Translations under genes and position numbers: made by a program
In this document: positions 19,449 through 28,514 of the stretch, in pieces
How positions within the stretch are numbered: the first letter of the stretch is position 1
Layout of the letters: every line of letters begins with the position of its first letter
Notes under the pieces: generated by a model
What the model was told of the DNA's origin: nothing
Seen by the model: the letters and a program-made list of their open reading frames with translations, nothing else
The model's database searches: none
Origin: Mycolicibacterium smegmatis
GTDB lineage: Bacteria; Actinomycetota; Actinomycetes; Mycobacteriales; Mycobacteriaceae
NCBI RefSeq assembly: GCF_001457595.1
Contig: NZ_LN831039.1
Coordinates: 4,680,001-4,712,000, forward strand
Direction of reading: 5' to 3'
DNA: 32,000 bases

Positions 19449-20678
19449 ATGATCGTGCCCGCGCCCGAGCTGCGCACCGACCTGTCCGCCGAACAGTTCC
19501 TGGACGACCTGGCCGGCACCGCGGCTGTCATCGCGGGATCGGCCGCCGAGCGTGACGCCGAACGGCGATATCCCACTGCCGAATACGATGCGCTGCGTGA
19601 TGTCGGATTCTGGCGGCTGACCGTTCCCCGCGAGTACGGCGGTCTGGGGTTCGGATATCAGACGCTCATGTCGGCGGTCATCACGGTGGCCGCCGCCGAT
19701 GGCAGCCTGGGCCAGCTCCCGCAGAACCACTTCAACACCCTCGAACGCATCGCGCTGGCCGGTTCGGGCGATCTGCGCGCCCGCGTCTTCGGCCGCGTGG
19801 CCGAAGGTGCTGTGCTCGGCAACGCCACCGCCGAACCGCGGGAGCGCCCGCCGGGTGAGAACACGACCACGCTGCGCCGCAACGGCAAGACATACTGCCT
19901 CACCGGGCGCAAGGTGTACGCCACAGGCGCACTGCTCGGAGACATCATCGCGGTGCAGGCCCGCGACGAATCGGGTGAACTCGTGACGGCGCTGGTGGAC
20001 CGGTACGCCCACGGCGTCACGATCGTCGACGACTGGTCCGGATTCGGTCAGCGAACCACGGCGTCGGGCACCGCGGTGTTCGACGGCGTCGAGGTCGACG
20101 AGATCGACGTCTTGCGGTTCGGCAGCGATCCGCATCCGCGCTACCGCGCGTCGGCGCAGTCCCAGTTGCTGCACTGCGCGATCGACACCGGCATCGCGCA
20201 GGGTGCGTTCTCCGCGGCGGTGCGCCTGGCACACCAGGTACACGGTGGACGTGGCAGCGGCGCAGTCGAATTCGTCGACGACGTCCTCGGCGTCAGCCGG
20301 CTCGGCGAGCTGTGGATCACGGTCGAGGGCGCGCGGGCGATCGTCACGCAGGCCGCGCAGGCCCTCGACGCCCTGACCGACACCGATCCGCTCGCAAAGG
20401 TGCTCGACGCGTTCTACCGCGTGGCCGCGGCCAAGAAGATCTCGACCGAGGCCGCGTTGACAGTGACCGCGGCACTCATCGACATCGGCGGCGCCAGCTC
20501 GACGCGCACCGAGCTGCGACTCGATCGGTTCTGGCGCGATGCCCGCACGCACACCGTCCACGACGCGGTCCGCTGGAAGCCGTACTCGATCGGACGGCGT
20601 CTGCTCACCGGTGACGTCGCCGACGCGTGGAGCATCGCACACCCGTTCACCCCGGCCGAGGAACTCGAGCAGCCATGA
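19449..20678 (+). CDS. Acyl-CoA-dehydrogenase-fold oxidoreductase, DszC/SfnB-like
   Basis: MIVPAPELRTDLSAEQFLDDLAGTAAVIAGSAAERDAERRYPTAEYDALRDVGFWRLTVPREYGGLGFGY...DIGGASSTRTELRLDRFWRDARTHTVHD. The C-terminal RxxRDARTHTxHD block is typical of DszC/SfnB-like flavoproteins. Confidence 0.87.
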   Translation: MIVPAPELRTDLSAEQFLDDLAGTAAVIAGSAAERDAERRYPTAEYDALRDVGFWRLTVPREYGGLGFGYQTLMSAVITVAAADGSLGQLPQNHFNTLERIALAGSGDLRARVFGRVAEGAVLGNATAEPRERPPGENTTTLRRNGKTYCLTGRKVYATGALLGDIIAVQARDESGELVTALVDRYAHGVTIVDDWSGFGQRTTASGTAVFDGVEVDEIDVLRFGSDPHPRYRASAQSQLLHCAIDTGIAQGAFSAAVRLAHQVHGGRGSGAVEFVDDVLGVSRLGELWITVEGARAIVTQAAQALDALTDTDPLAKVLDAFYRVAAAKKISTEAALTVTAALIDIGGASSTRTELRLDRFWRDARTHTVHDAVRWKPYSIGRRLLTGDVADAWSIAHPFTPAEELEQP

Positions 20679-21937
20679 GCGCACCGCCGTACACCACCAC
20701 ACGTCTGATCCGCATCTCGGCGGACGAGGGTTTCGATCCGGCCCGGCGCTGGCCCGTGGCCACCGAATTCGGTGTCACCCACATCCTGGCCGACCTGGCA
20801 CGCCAGGCCGCCCACCGCGACGCCACACGGGAGTCACCGGCGGGCGACGTGCGCCGCCTGCAGCAGGCGGGCGTCCCCGCCCTGCGCCTGCCCACCGAAC
20901 TCGGCGGCCGCGGCATACCGCTCGCGCGATTGTTCGCCTTCGCCGCAGAACTCGCCGACGCCGATCCCAGTGTCGCGCATGCCCTTCGCAACCATTTCTG
21001 GTTCGTCGAGCAGGCGTTGCGCAGTGCGCCGGACAGTCCGCGGCGCGCCTATCTCGCCCGTGTCGCCGATGGCGACCTGATCGGCGGGTCGTTCGGTGAA
21101 CTGCACACCAGCAAGGCCGGCGACACCGACTTCTCCACCACGCTGGCACCGCACGGCGACGGCAGCGGAACCTACGTGCTCAACGGCGACAAGTTCTACA
21201 GCACCGGCAACATCTTCTGCGACGTGCTGATCGTCAAGGCCGTGTACCCCGACGGCACGCCGGTGACCGCGGCGGTTCCGGCCACCCGCGCCGGGGTCGA
21301 TCTCACCGACGACTGGGACGGCATCGGCCAACGCCTCACCGGCAGCGGGTCGACCCGGTTCCGCGATGTGACGGTCCATCCCCACGAGGTCGTGCCCGAC
21401 GACGAGTTCGCGCACGAAAAAGGGTCCTACACAGCGACCTTCCCGCAGCTGTACCTGACCACGGTGGTGGCGGGCATCCTCCGGACCATCACCGCCGACG
21501 CCGTGGAACTGGTGCGGGGACGACGGCGCAACTACTACCACGGCAGCAGTGACGAACCCCGACACGAGCCCGCCGTACAGTCGATCGTCGGACAGATCTC
21601 GGTCAACAGCCACGCCGCCGACGCCATCGTCGCCTCCGCGGCTCAGTCGCTCGAACGGGCGCGGGACACCGAAGGTCCCGCTCGCGACGAGGCCCTGCTG
21701 CAGGCGTCACTGGACGCCGCGCGCGCCAAGATCAGCGTCGACGAACTCGCGGCACGCACAGGCTGGCTGCTGTTCGAGACCGGCGGCGCCACCTCGGTTC
21801 GCACAGGCCTCAACCTCGACCGGCACTGGCGCAACGCGAGAACCCTCGCCTCACACAACCCCGACAGCTACAAGTTGCGCTACCTCGGCGACCATCTGCT
21901 CAACGGGGCGACACCGCCGACCGGGAGCTTCTTCTGA
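20675..21937 (+). CDS. Second acyl-CoA-dehydrogenase-fold oxidoreductase, DszC-like
   Basis: ATGA overlap with the preceding gene. LPTELGGRGIPLARLFAFAAELADADPSVAHALRNHFWFVEQAL, YVLNGDKFYSTGNIFCDVLIV, FETGGATSVRTGLNLDRHWRNARTLASHNPDSYKLRYLGDHLL. Start MSAPPYTTTR. Confidence 0.87.
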   Translation: MSAPPYTTTRLIRISADEGFDPARRWPVATEFGVTHILADLARQAAHRDATRESPAGDVRRLQQAGVPALRLPTELGGRGIPLARLFAFAAELADADPSVAHALRNHFWFVEQALRSAPDSPRRAYLARVADGDLIGGSFGELHTSKAGDTDFSTTLAPHGDGSGTYVLNGDKFYSTGNIFCDVLIVKAVYPDGTPVTAAVPATRAGVDLTDDWDGIGQRLTGSGSTRFRDVTVHPHEVVPDDEFAHEKGSYTATFPQLYLTTVVAGILRTITADAVELVRGRRRNYYHGSSDEPRHEPAVQSIVGQISVNSHAADAIVASAAQSLERARDTEGPARDEALLQASLDAARAKISVDELAARTGWLLFETGGATSVRTGLNLDRHWRNARTLASHNPDSYKLRYLGDHLLNGATPPTGSFF

Positions 21938-21944
21938 GATCGCG

Positions 21945-23987
21945 TCAGCCCTCGGGGATCTCGCGTTCGATCTCGTCGAGCCAGATGCGCGCCGACATGT
22001 CCGACGGTGCCCGCCAGTCGCCGCGCGGCGACAGCGCACCGCCGTGGGACACCTTGGGGCCGTTGGGCATCGCGGAGCGCTTGAACTGCGAGAACGAGTA
22101 GAACCGCTGCGCGAACACCTGCAGCCAGTGTCGAATGTCCTTGAGCGAGTAGGACGGTCGCTCGTCCTCGGGAAACCCGGGCGGCCAGTCGCCTGCGTTG
22201 ACATCGTGCCAGGCGTGCCAGGCGAGGAACGCGACCTTCGACGGCCGGAACCCGAAGCGCAGCACCTGGAACAACGAGAAATCCTGCAGCGCATACGGGC
22301 CGACCTTGGCCTCGCTGCTCTGGATCTCCTCGTCCTCGCCTGTGGGCACCAGCTCCGGGGTGATCTCGGTGTCGAGCACCGACTGCAGCACCTCGTTGAC
22401 CTCGTCGTCGAACTCACCCGAGGAGATCACCCAGCGGATCAGGTGCTGGATCAGGGTTTTGGGTACGCCGCCGTTGACGTTGTAGTGCGACATCTGGTCG
22501 CCGACACCGTATGTCGACCACCCGAGGGCGATCTCGGACAGGTCGCCGGTGCCCAGCACGATGCCGCCGCGCTGGTTGGCCAGCCGGAACAGATAGTCGG
22601 TGCGCAGGCCCGCCTGGACGTTCTCGAACGTGACGTCGTAGACCTTCTCGCCGCGGCCGAACGGGTGGTCCATCTCCGTGAGCATCAACTGCGCGGTCTG
22701 CTTGATGTCGATCTCTTCGAACGTCACGCCGAGGGCCTTGCTCAACCGGATGGCGTTGTTCTTGGTGCGGTCGCCCGTGGCGAACCCGGGCAGCGTGAAC
22801 GCCAGGATGTCGCTGCGCGGGCGGTTTTCGCGGTCCATGGCGCGTGCCGCCACGATCAACGCGTGCGTCGAATCCAGGCCGCCGGACACGCCGAGCACGA
22901 TCTTCGGGTATTTCAGCGCACGCAGGCGCTGTTCCAGGCCGGACACCTGGATGTTGTACGCCTCGTAGCAATCCTGTTGCAGCCGCTCGTAATTCGACGG
23001 CACGAACGGGAATCGCTCGACCTCGCGCAGCAGCCCGATGTCACCGGTGGGCGGGTCGAGCTGGAATTCGATGCGGCGGAACGCGTCCACAGCGGCGCCG
23101 TGGTGGCGGGCATTGTCGTCGAACGTGCCCATCCGCAGGCGTTCGGAACGGATCAGCTCCAGATCGACGTCGGCAACCGCGCGGCGCTCACCGCGCGGGA
23201 ACCGCTCACTTTCGGCGAGCAGGTTGCCGTTCTCCCAGATCATGGTCTGGCCGTCCCACGCGAGATCCGTCGTCGACTCCCCCTCGCCCGCGGCGGCGTA
23301 GACGTAGGCGGCCAGGCAGCGCGCCGATGCCGAGCGGGCCAGCAGGCTGCGGTCCTCGGCGCGACCCACGGTGATGGGGCTGCCCGACAGGTTCGCCAGC
23401 ACCGTGGCCCCGGCCAGCGCGGCCTGCGCACTGGGCGGCACCGGGACGAACATGTCCTCGCAGATCTCGACGTGCAGCACCAGGCCGGGCACGTCCGATG
23501 CCTCGAACAGCAGATCGGGTCCGAACGGCACCTCGGCGCCGGCCACCCGGATGGTGCCGCGAGCCTCGTCACCGGCAGCCATCTGCCTGCGCTCGTAGAA
23601 CTCGCGGTAGGTCGGCAGATACGACTTCGGCACGACGCCGAGCACCGCACCCCGGTGGATCACCACGGCGGTGTTGTAGATGCGGTGGCGGTGCCGCAGC
23701 GGCGCACCGACCACGATCACCGGGGTGAGCACCGACGACGCCGCGACGAGTTCGGTGAGCGCCTCCTCGACCGACTCCAGCAGCGTGTCCTGCAGCAGGA
23801 TGTCCTCGATCGAATACCCCGACAGTGTCAGCTCGGGGAACACCGCGACGGCGACGCCGTCGTCATGGCAGGCCTGCGCCATCCGCAACACCGATTCGGC
23901 GTTGGCGGGTGGGTCGGCCAGCGACGTGTGGTGGGTGCAGGCGGCGAGCCGCGCGAAACCATGCCGGTAGGCGCTGAAGAAGTCCAT
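21945..23987 (-). CDS. nadE: Glutamine-dependent NAD(+) synthetase
   Basis: N-terminal nitrilase domain (VFPELTLSGYSIEDI, LHVEICEDMFVPVPPS), C-terminal synthetase domain (KIVLGVSGGLDSTHALIVAARAMD). Start MDFFSAYRHGFARLAACTH at CAT 23985-23987; the track overextends it to 24494. Confidence 0.96.
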   Translation of the reverse strand: MDFFSAYRHGFARLAACTHHTSLADPPANAESVLRMAQACHDDGVAVAVFPELTLSGYSIEDILLQDTLLESVEEALTELVAASSVLTPVIVVGAPLRHRHRIYNTAVVIHRGAVLGVVPKSYLPTYREFYERRQMAAGDEARGTIRVAGAEVPFGPDLLFEASDVPGLVLHVEICEDMFVPVPPSAQAALAGATVLANLSGSPITVGRAEDRSLLARSASARCLAAYVYAAAGEGESTTDLAWDGQTMIWENGNLLAESERFPRGERRAVADVDLELIRSERLRMGTFDDNARHHGAAVDAFRRIEFQLDPPTGDIGLLREVERFPFVPSNYERLQQDCYEAYNIQVSGLEQRLRALKYPKIVLGVSGGLDSTHALIVAARAMDRENRPRSDILAFTLPGFATGDRTKNNAIRLSKALGVTFEEIDIKQTAQLMLTEMDHPFGRGEKVYDVTFENVQAGLRTDYLFRLANQRGGIVLGTGDLSEIALGWSTYGVGDQMSHYNVNGGVPKTLIQHLIRWVISSGEFDDEVNEVLQSVLDTEITPELVPTGEDEEIQSSEAKVGPYALQDFSLFQVLRFGFRPSKVAFLAWHAWHDVNAGDWPPGFPEDERPSYSLKDIRHWLQVFAQRFYSFSQFKRSAMPNGPKVSHGGALSPRGDWRAPSDMSARIWLDEIEREIPEG

Positions 23988-24044
23988 CACACCTATTGTT
24001 GCCCGCGAAGTGTCAAGATCGGGTGACGGGGTATCAACAAGTTC

Positions 24045-24584
24045 ATGAGCGATACCGCCGTCGTCATCGTCGACATGCTCAACACCTATGAGCACGAGGA
24101 CGCCGAACTCCTCGCCCCCAACGTCGAAAAGATCATCGATCCGCTGGTCAAGCTGATCGGAGAGGCCCGTGACCGCGAAGATGTCGACCTGATCTACGTC
24201 AACGACAACTACGGCGACTTCACCGCGCAGTTCAGCGACATCGTCGCCGACGCCCTGGACGGCAAGCGTCCGGACCTGGTGCGGCCGATCCTGCCCTACG
24301 ACGGTTGTCGCCTGCTCACGAAGGTGCGCCACAGCGTCTTCTACGCCACCGCGCTGGACTACCTGCTGGGCCGGTTGGGCACCAAACGCGTGATCCTGGC
24401 CGGTCAGGTCACCGAGCAGTGCATCCTCTACAGCGCGCTCGACGCCTACGTACGCCACTTCGAACTCGTGGTGCCCTCGGACGCGGTGGCCCACATCGAC
24501 GCCGAGCTGGGCAACGCCGCTTTGGAGATGATGCGCAGGAACATGAGCGCTGATGTGATCCCCGCCGTGGAGTGCCTGCGCTGA
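24045..24584 (+). CDS. Isochorismatase-like cysteine hydrolase
   Basis: AVVIVDMLNTY (D10), LTKVRHSVFYAT (K93), RVILAGQVTEQCILYSALDAYVR (C126): D-K-C triad of the isochorismatase superfamily. Confidence 0.9.
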   Translation: MSDTAVVIVDMLNTYEHEDAELLAPNVEKIIDPLVKLIGEARDREDVDLIYVNDNYGDFTAQFSDIVADALDGKRPDLVRPILPYDGCRLLTKVRHSVFYATALDYLLGRLGTKRVILAGQVTEQCILYSALDAYVRHFELVVPSDAVAHIDAELGNAALEMMRRNMSADVIPAVECLR

Positions 24585-24620
24585 CGCGCGGGTGACTTCG
24601 GAGCGCCTATCCTCGAGCCA

Positions 24621-25469
24621 ATGGATGCCCCTGAACTGGTCGCCCTGTTACAGGGCCGTCGCATCGTGGCGCTCACGGGCGCCGGCATGTCGACCGACTC
24701 GGGTATCCCGGACTACCGCGGGCCCGATTCGCCGCCCAGCAACCCGATGACCATCCAGCAGTTCACCTCGGACCAGGTGTTCCGTCAGCGCTACTGGGCC
24801 CGCAACCACGTCGGGTGGCGGCACATGGACGAGACCCAGCCCAACGCCGGGCATCGCGCGCTGGCCGCCATGGAGGCCTCAGGCGTGGTCGCGGGTGTGA
24901 TCACGCAGAACGTGGATCTGCTGCACACCAAGGCGGGCAGTCGCGAGGTGATCAACCTGCACGGCACCTACGCGCAGGTGGTGTGCCTGAACCCGGACTG
25001 CGGGCACACCATGTCGCGCGCCGCGCTCGCGGTGATGCTGGAGGAGGCCAATCCGGGCTTCCTCGCGCGCGCCGAATCGGTGGGCGGTATCGCCGTGGCA
25101 CCCGACGCCGACGCGATGATCACCGACACCGCGTCGTTCGTGGTGGTCGACTGCCCGATGTGCGGCGGCATGCTCAAGCCCGACATCGTCTATTTCGGTG
25201 ACAGTGTCCCGAAAACTCGTGTGGAGCAGGCGTATTCGATGGTCGACGGCGCCGACGCCCTGCTGGTCGCCGGCTCGTCGCTCACGGTGTTCTCCGGTTA
25301 CCGGTTCGTCCGGCACGCCGCGGCGCGCGGCATCCCGGTGGGGATCGTCAACCGCGGGCCCACCCGCGGCGACGATCTGGCCGCGGTGAAGGTACACAGC
25401 GGCTGCTCGGAGATGCTGACGCTGCTGGCCGGTGAACTCACGAGAACGTACACGGCATCGCCCGGATAG
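24621..25469 (+). CDS. Sir2 family NAD-dependent deacylase/ADP-ribosyltransferase (sirtuin)
   Basis: ALTGAGMSTDSGIPDYRGP, TQNVDLLHTKAGSREVINLHGT, Zn cysteines CLNPDC and CPMCGG, LKPDIVYFGDSVP, GSSLTVFSGYRFV. Confidence 0.94.
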   Translation: MDAPELVALLQGRRIVALTGAGMSTDSGIPDYRGPDSPPSNPMTIQQFTSDQVFRQRYWARNHVGWRHMDETQPNAGHRALAAMEASGVVAGVITQNVDLLHTKAGSREVINLHGTYAQVVCLNPDCGHTMSRAALAVMLEEANPGFLARAESVGGIAVAPDADAMITDTASFVVVDCPMCGGMLKPDIVYFGDSVPKTRVEQAYSMVDGADALLVAGSSLTVFSGYRFVRHAAARGIPVGIVNRGPTRGDDLAAVKVHSGCSEMLTLLAGELTRTYTASPG

Positions 25470-26697
25470 CGTGCACGAAATTCCCTTGCAGGTACTCCGG
25501 TTCGCTGGCGCGGATGTCGGGCAACTGGTGCAGCAGTTCGCCGAAGATCGCCCGCAGTTGTGTCCTGGCGACGTGTGCGCCGAGGCAGAAGTGCCGTCCG
25601 CCGCCACCGAAACCCAGATGCGGGTTGGGTTTGCGACCCAGATCGAGCACGTCAGGCCGGTCGAACACCGTGGTGTCCCAGTTGCCCGACGCATAGAACA
25701 TCACAACCTTCTCCCCCGCCGCGATTTGCCGCCCGCCCAGTTCGACGTCGACCGCTGCCGTACGGCGGAACGTCATCACCGGTGACGCCCAGCGCACCAT
25801 CTCCTCGACCGCCACACCGATGCGGTCGTCGAAATCCTCCATGAGCCAGGCTCTTTGGTCTTCGAAGTCGGTGAGCGCCTTCAGGGCGTGGCTGGTGGTC
25901 TGGCGCGTGGTGTCGTTGCCCGCGACCGCGAGCAGCACGAAGAACGCGGCGACCTCGGCGTCGGTGAGCCGGTCACCGTCGACCTCAGCGTGCACGAGCG
26001 CGCTGATCAGATCGTTGCCCGGGTTCTCGCGCCGCTCGGCAGCCAGGGTGTTGGCCACCTGGTGCAGGTACATCTGGTTTTCCAGCACCACCTCCAGGGG
26101 ATGGCGGCCGGCCAGGTAGATCGGATCGGCCCAGGACACCAGCGCATCGGCCGCGTGGGCCACCTTCTCGCGCTCGCCTTCGGGGATGCCGACCATGTCC
26201 GACAGCGTGCGGATGGGCAGTTCTTTGGCGCAGTGGTCGACGAAGTCCACGCCGCTGCCAGCGGCCTTGAGTTCCGCGACGATCGCGGCTGCGTTGGCCT
26301 TGATCGAATCCTCGATGCGCGCGACCTGCCGCGGCGTGAAGGCCGAGTGCACGAGCTTGCGGATGAGGGTGTGCCGCGGCGCGTCCATCGCGAGGAAGGA
26401 CTGCGAGGCCTCCAGCAGTTCCTGCGGGACGTTCTCGAACAGCACGCCCTGCCCGGACAGGAACGTCTCGCTGTCGCGGCTGATCGCGACGATGTCGGCG
26501 TGGCGCGTGACGGCCCAGAAGCCCTTGTCGTCGGGATCGTGCATCAGCGCGTCCTCGACCGGCGGGTGCCAGCTGACCGGACGCTCGGCGCGCAGTTGGG
26601 CGAACGCGACTTCACGGTCGGCGGCCGTGGTGGCCCAGAATGCCCGCGACGAGAGATCGACGGCGTCGTAAGGACGTGTGATCGGCAACACAGTCAT
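25438..26697 (-). CDS. Cytochrome P450
   Basis: Heme-binding loop HLGFGGGGRHFCLGAHVARTQLRA, I-helix LAVAGNDTTRQTTSHAL, WASPVMTFRRTA. Confidence 0.96.
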   Translation of the reverse strand: MTVLPITRPYDAVDLSSRAFWATTAADREVAFAQLRAERPVSWHPPVEDALMHDPDDKGFWAVTRHADIVAISRDSETFLSGQGVLFENVPQELLEASQSFLAMDAPRHTLIRKLVHSAFTPRQVARIEDSIKANAAAIVAELKAAGSGVDFVDHCAKELPIRTLSDMVGIPEGEREKVAHAADALVSWADPIYLAGRHPLEVVLENQMYLHQVANTLAAERRENPGNDLISALVHAEVDGDRLTDAEVAAFFVLLAVAGNDTTRQTTSHALKALTDFEDQRAWLMEDFDDRIGVAVEEMVRWASPVMTFRRTAAVDVELGGRQIAAGEKVVMFYASGNWDTTVFDRPDVLDLGRKPNPHLGFGGGGRHFCLGAHVARTQLRAIFGELLHQLPDIRASEPEYLQGNFVHAIRAMPCTFS

Positions 26698-26713
26698 GCT
26701 GGCGACAGTAGGT

Positions 26714-26730
26714 CTAGACAGTGTGTCTAG
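26714..26730. promoter_or_regulatory. Candidate TetR-family operator
   Basis: CTAGACA-gtg-TGTCTAG, perfect 7-bp arms with 3-bp spacer, between the divergent P450 and TetR genes. Confidence 0.7.
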
Positions 26731-26763
26731 TCAAGATGTGATTGATGCCGATACGCTGGATGG

Positions 26764-27405
26764 ATGCCATCGGTCACCAGAAAACCGCAGGCCAACCGGG
26801 AAGAACGACGCGAACGCATCGAGCGGGCGCTGCTCGACGCCACCGACCGGCTGATGTCCGACGGCACGAGCTTCACCGAACTGAGCGTCGACAGGCTTGC
26901 CACCGAGGCCGGCATCTCCCGCGCGAGCTTCTACATCTACTTCGAGGACAAAGGGCACCTGCTGCGCAGGCTCGCCGCGCAGGTGTTCGACGACCTCGCG
27001 CACGAGGCACAACAGTGGTGGGGTGTGGCGGGACGCCGCAATCCGGGCGACGTCCACACCGCGATGTCCGGCATCATCGCGAGCTACCGGCGCCACCAAC
27101 CGGTGCTCGTCGCGCTCAACGAGATGAGCGCCTACGACCCGCTGGTCGCACAGACCTACCGTGACCTGCTGACCGGGATATCGGCGCAACTCGCCCGCGT
27201 GATCGAGGAGGGCCAGGCCGACGGATCCATCCGCGCGCAGCTGCCCGCCGAGACCACCGCGAGCACGCTGACGTGGATGGTCGAGCGCACCTGCCACCAG
27301 AACCTGCCGTCACGACCGGCGTCCTACGATGCGGAACTGGCCGACACCCTCACTGAGATCGTCTGGGGCGCACTGTATCTGCGCCCCGCCTCGACAGATC
27401 GCTAG
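26764..27405 (+). CDS. TetR/AcrR family transcriptional regulator
   Basis: [60 protein letters not shown], canonical TetR HTH. Confidence 0.94.
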   Translation: MPSVTRKPQANREERRERIERALLDATDRLMSDGTSFTELSVDRLATEAGISRASFYIYFEDKGHLLRRLAAQVFDDLAHEAQQWWGVAGRRNPGDVHTAMSGIIASYRRHQPVLVALNEMSAYDPLVAQTYRDLLTGISAQLARVIEEGQADGSIRAQLPAETTASTLTWMVERTCHQNLPSRPASYDAELADTLTEIVWGALYLRPASTDR

Positions 27406-28514
27406 GTGCGCACCAGGTCGTCGGCGTGGACGGCGGGACGGCGCATCTCGACGGGCAGTTCGTGTGTCGAGCGGCCGATGATCGAGGCGAGTTCGGCCTG
27501 GTCGTACGCCACCACGCCGCGAGCGACGGTGTGCCCGTCGAGCGCCCGCAGGTCGACCACGTCGCCGCCGTGGAAGCGGCCGGTCACCGAGGTGATGCCC
27601 GCGGGCAGCAGCGAGCGGCGCTGCTTGATCACCGCGCGCACCGCGCCGTCGTCGAGGGTGAGCGCACCGGCCGACTCCGCGGCGTAGCGCATCCAGAACT
27701 TGCGGGCCGACATGCGCTCGGGGCGCGGGGCGAACACCGTGCCCACCGACGCATCGTCGAGCGCTCGTCCGGCGTCCGCCGCGGCGGCCAGCAGCACGGG
27801 AACACCAGCGTCGGCGGCCAGCAGAGCCGACGACAACTTCGATGCCATACCGCCCGTGCCGAGGCTGCTGCCGCGGCCCGCGACCACGCCATCGAGGTCA
27901 CCTTGGGCGGCGACCTCCGGTATGAAGCGGGCCGGTTTGTCGGGCGTCGCCTTGCGGGGGTCTCCGTCGTAGAGGCCGTCGATGTCCGACAGCAGGATCA
28001 GCGCGTCGGCCCCGACCAGGTGCGCCACCAAAGCCGAGAGCCGGTCGTTGTCACCGAAGCGGATCTCGTTGGTGGCCACGGTGTCGTTCTCGTTGACGAT
28101 CGCCACGGCGTGCAGGGCCCGCAGACGGTCGAGGGTGCGCTGGGCGTTGTTGTGCTGCACACGCATCGAGATGTCGTGCGCGGTGAGCAGGACCTGCCCG
28201 ACGGTGCGGTTGTACACCGCGAACGCCGAGCTCCACGCGTTCACCAGGGCCACCTGGCCCACACTGGCCGCGGCCTGCTTGGTCGCGAGATCCGTTGGGC
28301 GCTTGGACAACCCGAGAGGTTCGATACCGGCGGCGATGGCACCAGAGGACACGATGACGACGTCGGAGCCGGCTTTCATGCGGCCCTCGATGGCCTCGAC
28401 CAGGCTTGCGAGCCGGTTGGCGTCGAAGACACCCGAAGGTGTGGTGAGGGCCGTGGTTCCGATCTTGACGACGACACTGCGTGCGGTACGGACCGCCTCG
28501 CGGTGCTCGCTCAC
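27402..28514 (-). CDS. proB: Glutamate 5-kinase with C-terminal PUA domain
   Basis: [83 protein letters not shown] start overlaps the obg stop. Confidence 0.96.
   Translation of the reverse strand: MSEHREAVRTARSVVVKIGTTALTTPSGVFDANRLASLVEAIEGRMKAGSDVVIVSSGAIAAGIEPLGLSKRPTDLATKQAAASVGQVALVNAWSSAFAVYNRTVGQVLLTAHDISMRVQHNNAQRTLDRLRALHAVAIVNENDTVATNEIRFGDNDRLSALVAHLVGADALILLSDIDGLYDGDPRKATPDKPARFIPEVAAQGDLDGVVAGRGSSLGTGGMASKLSSALLAADAGVPVLLAAAADAGRALDDASVGTVFAPRPERMSARKFWMRYAAESAGALTLDDGAVRAVIKQRRSLLPAGITSVTGRFHGGDVVDLRALDGHTVARGVVAYDQAELASIIGRSTHELPVEMRRPAVHADDLVRT

Noticed and set aside
18234-20702. 822-aa minus-strand ORF over the monooxygenase and first DszC-like gene
   Set aside because: Spans the divergent intergenic palindrome and opposes or overlaps two well-supported genes in other frames; no recognisable domain.
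21549-24026. 825-aa + strand ORF antisense to nadE
   Set aside because: nadE has full nitrilase and NAD synthetase motifs; the + strand product is repetitive Arg/Gly/His-rich sequence.
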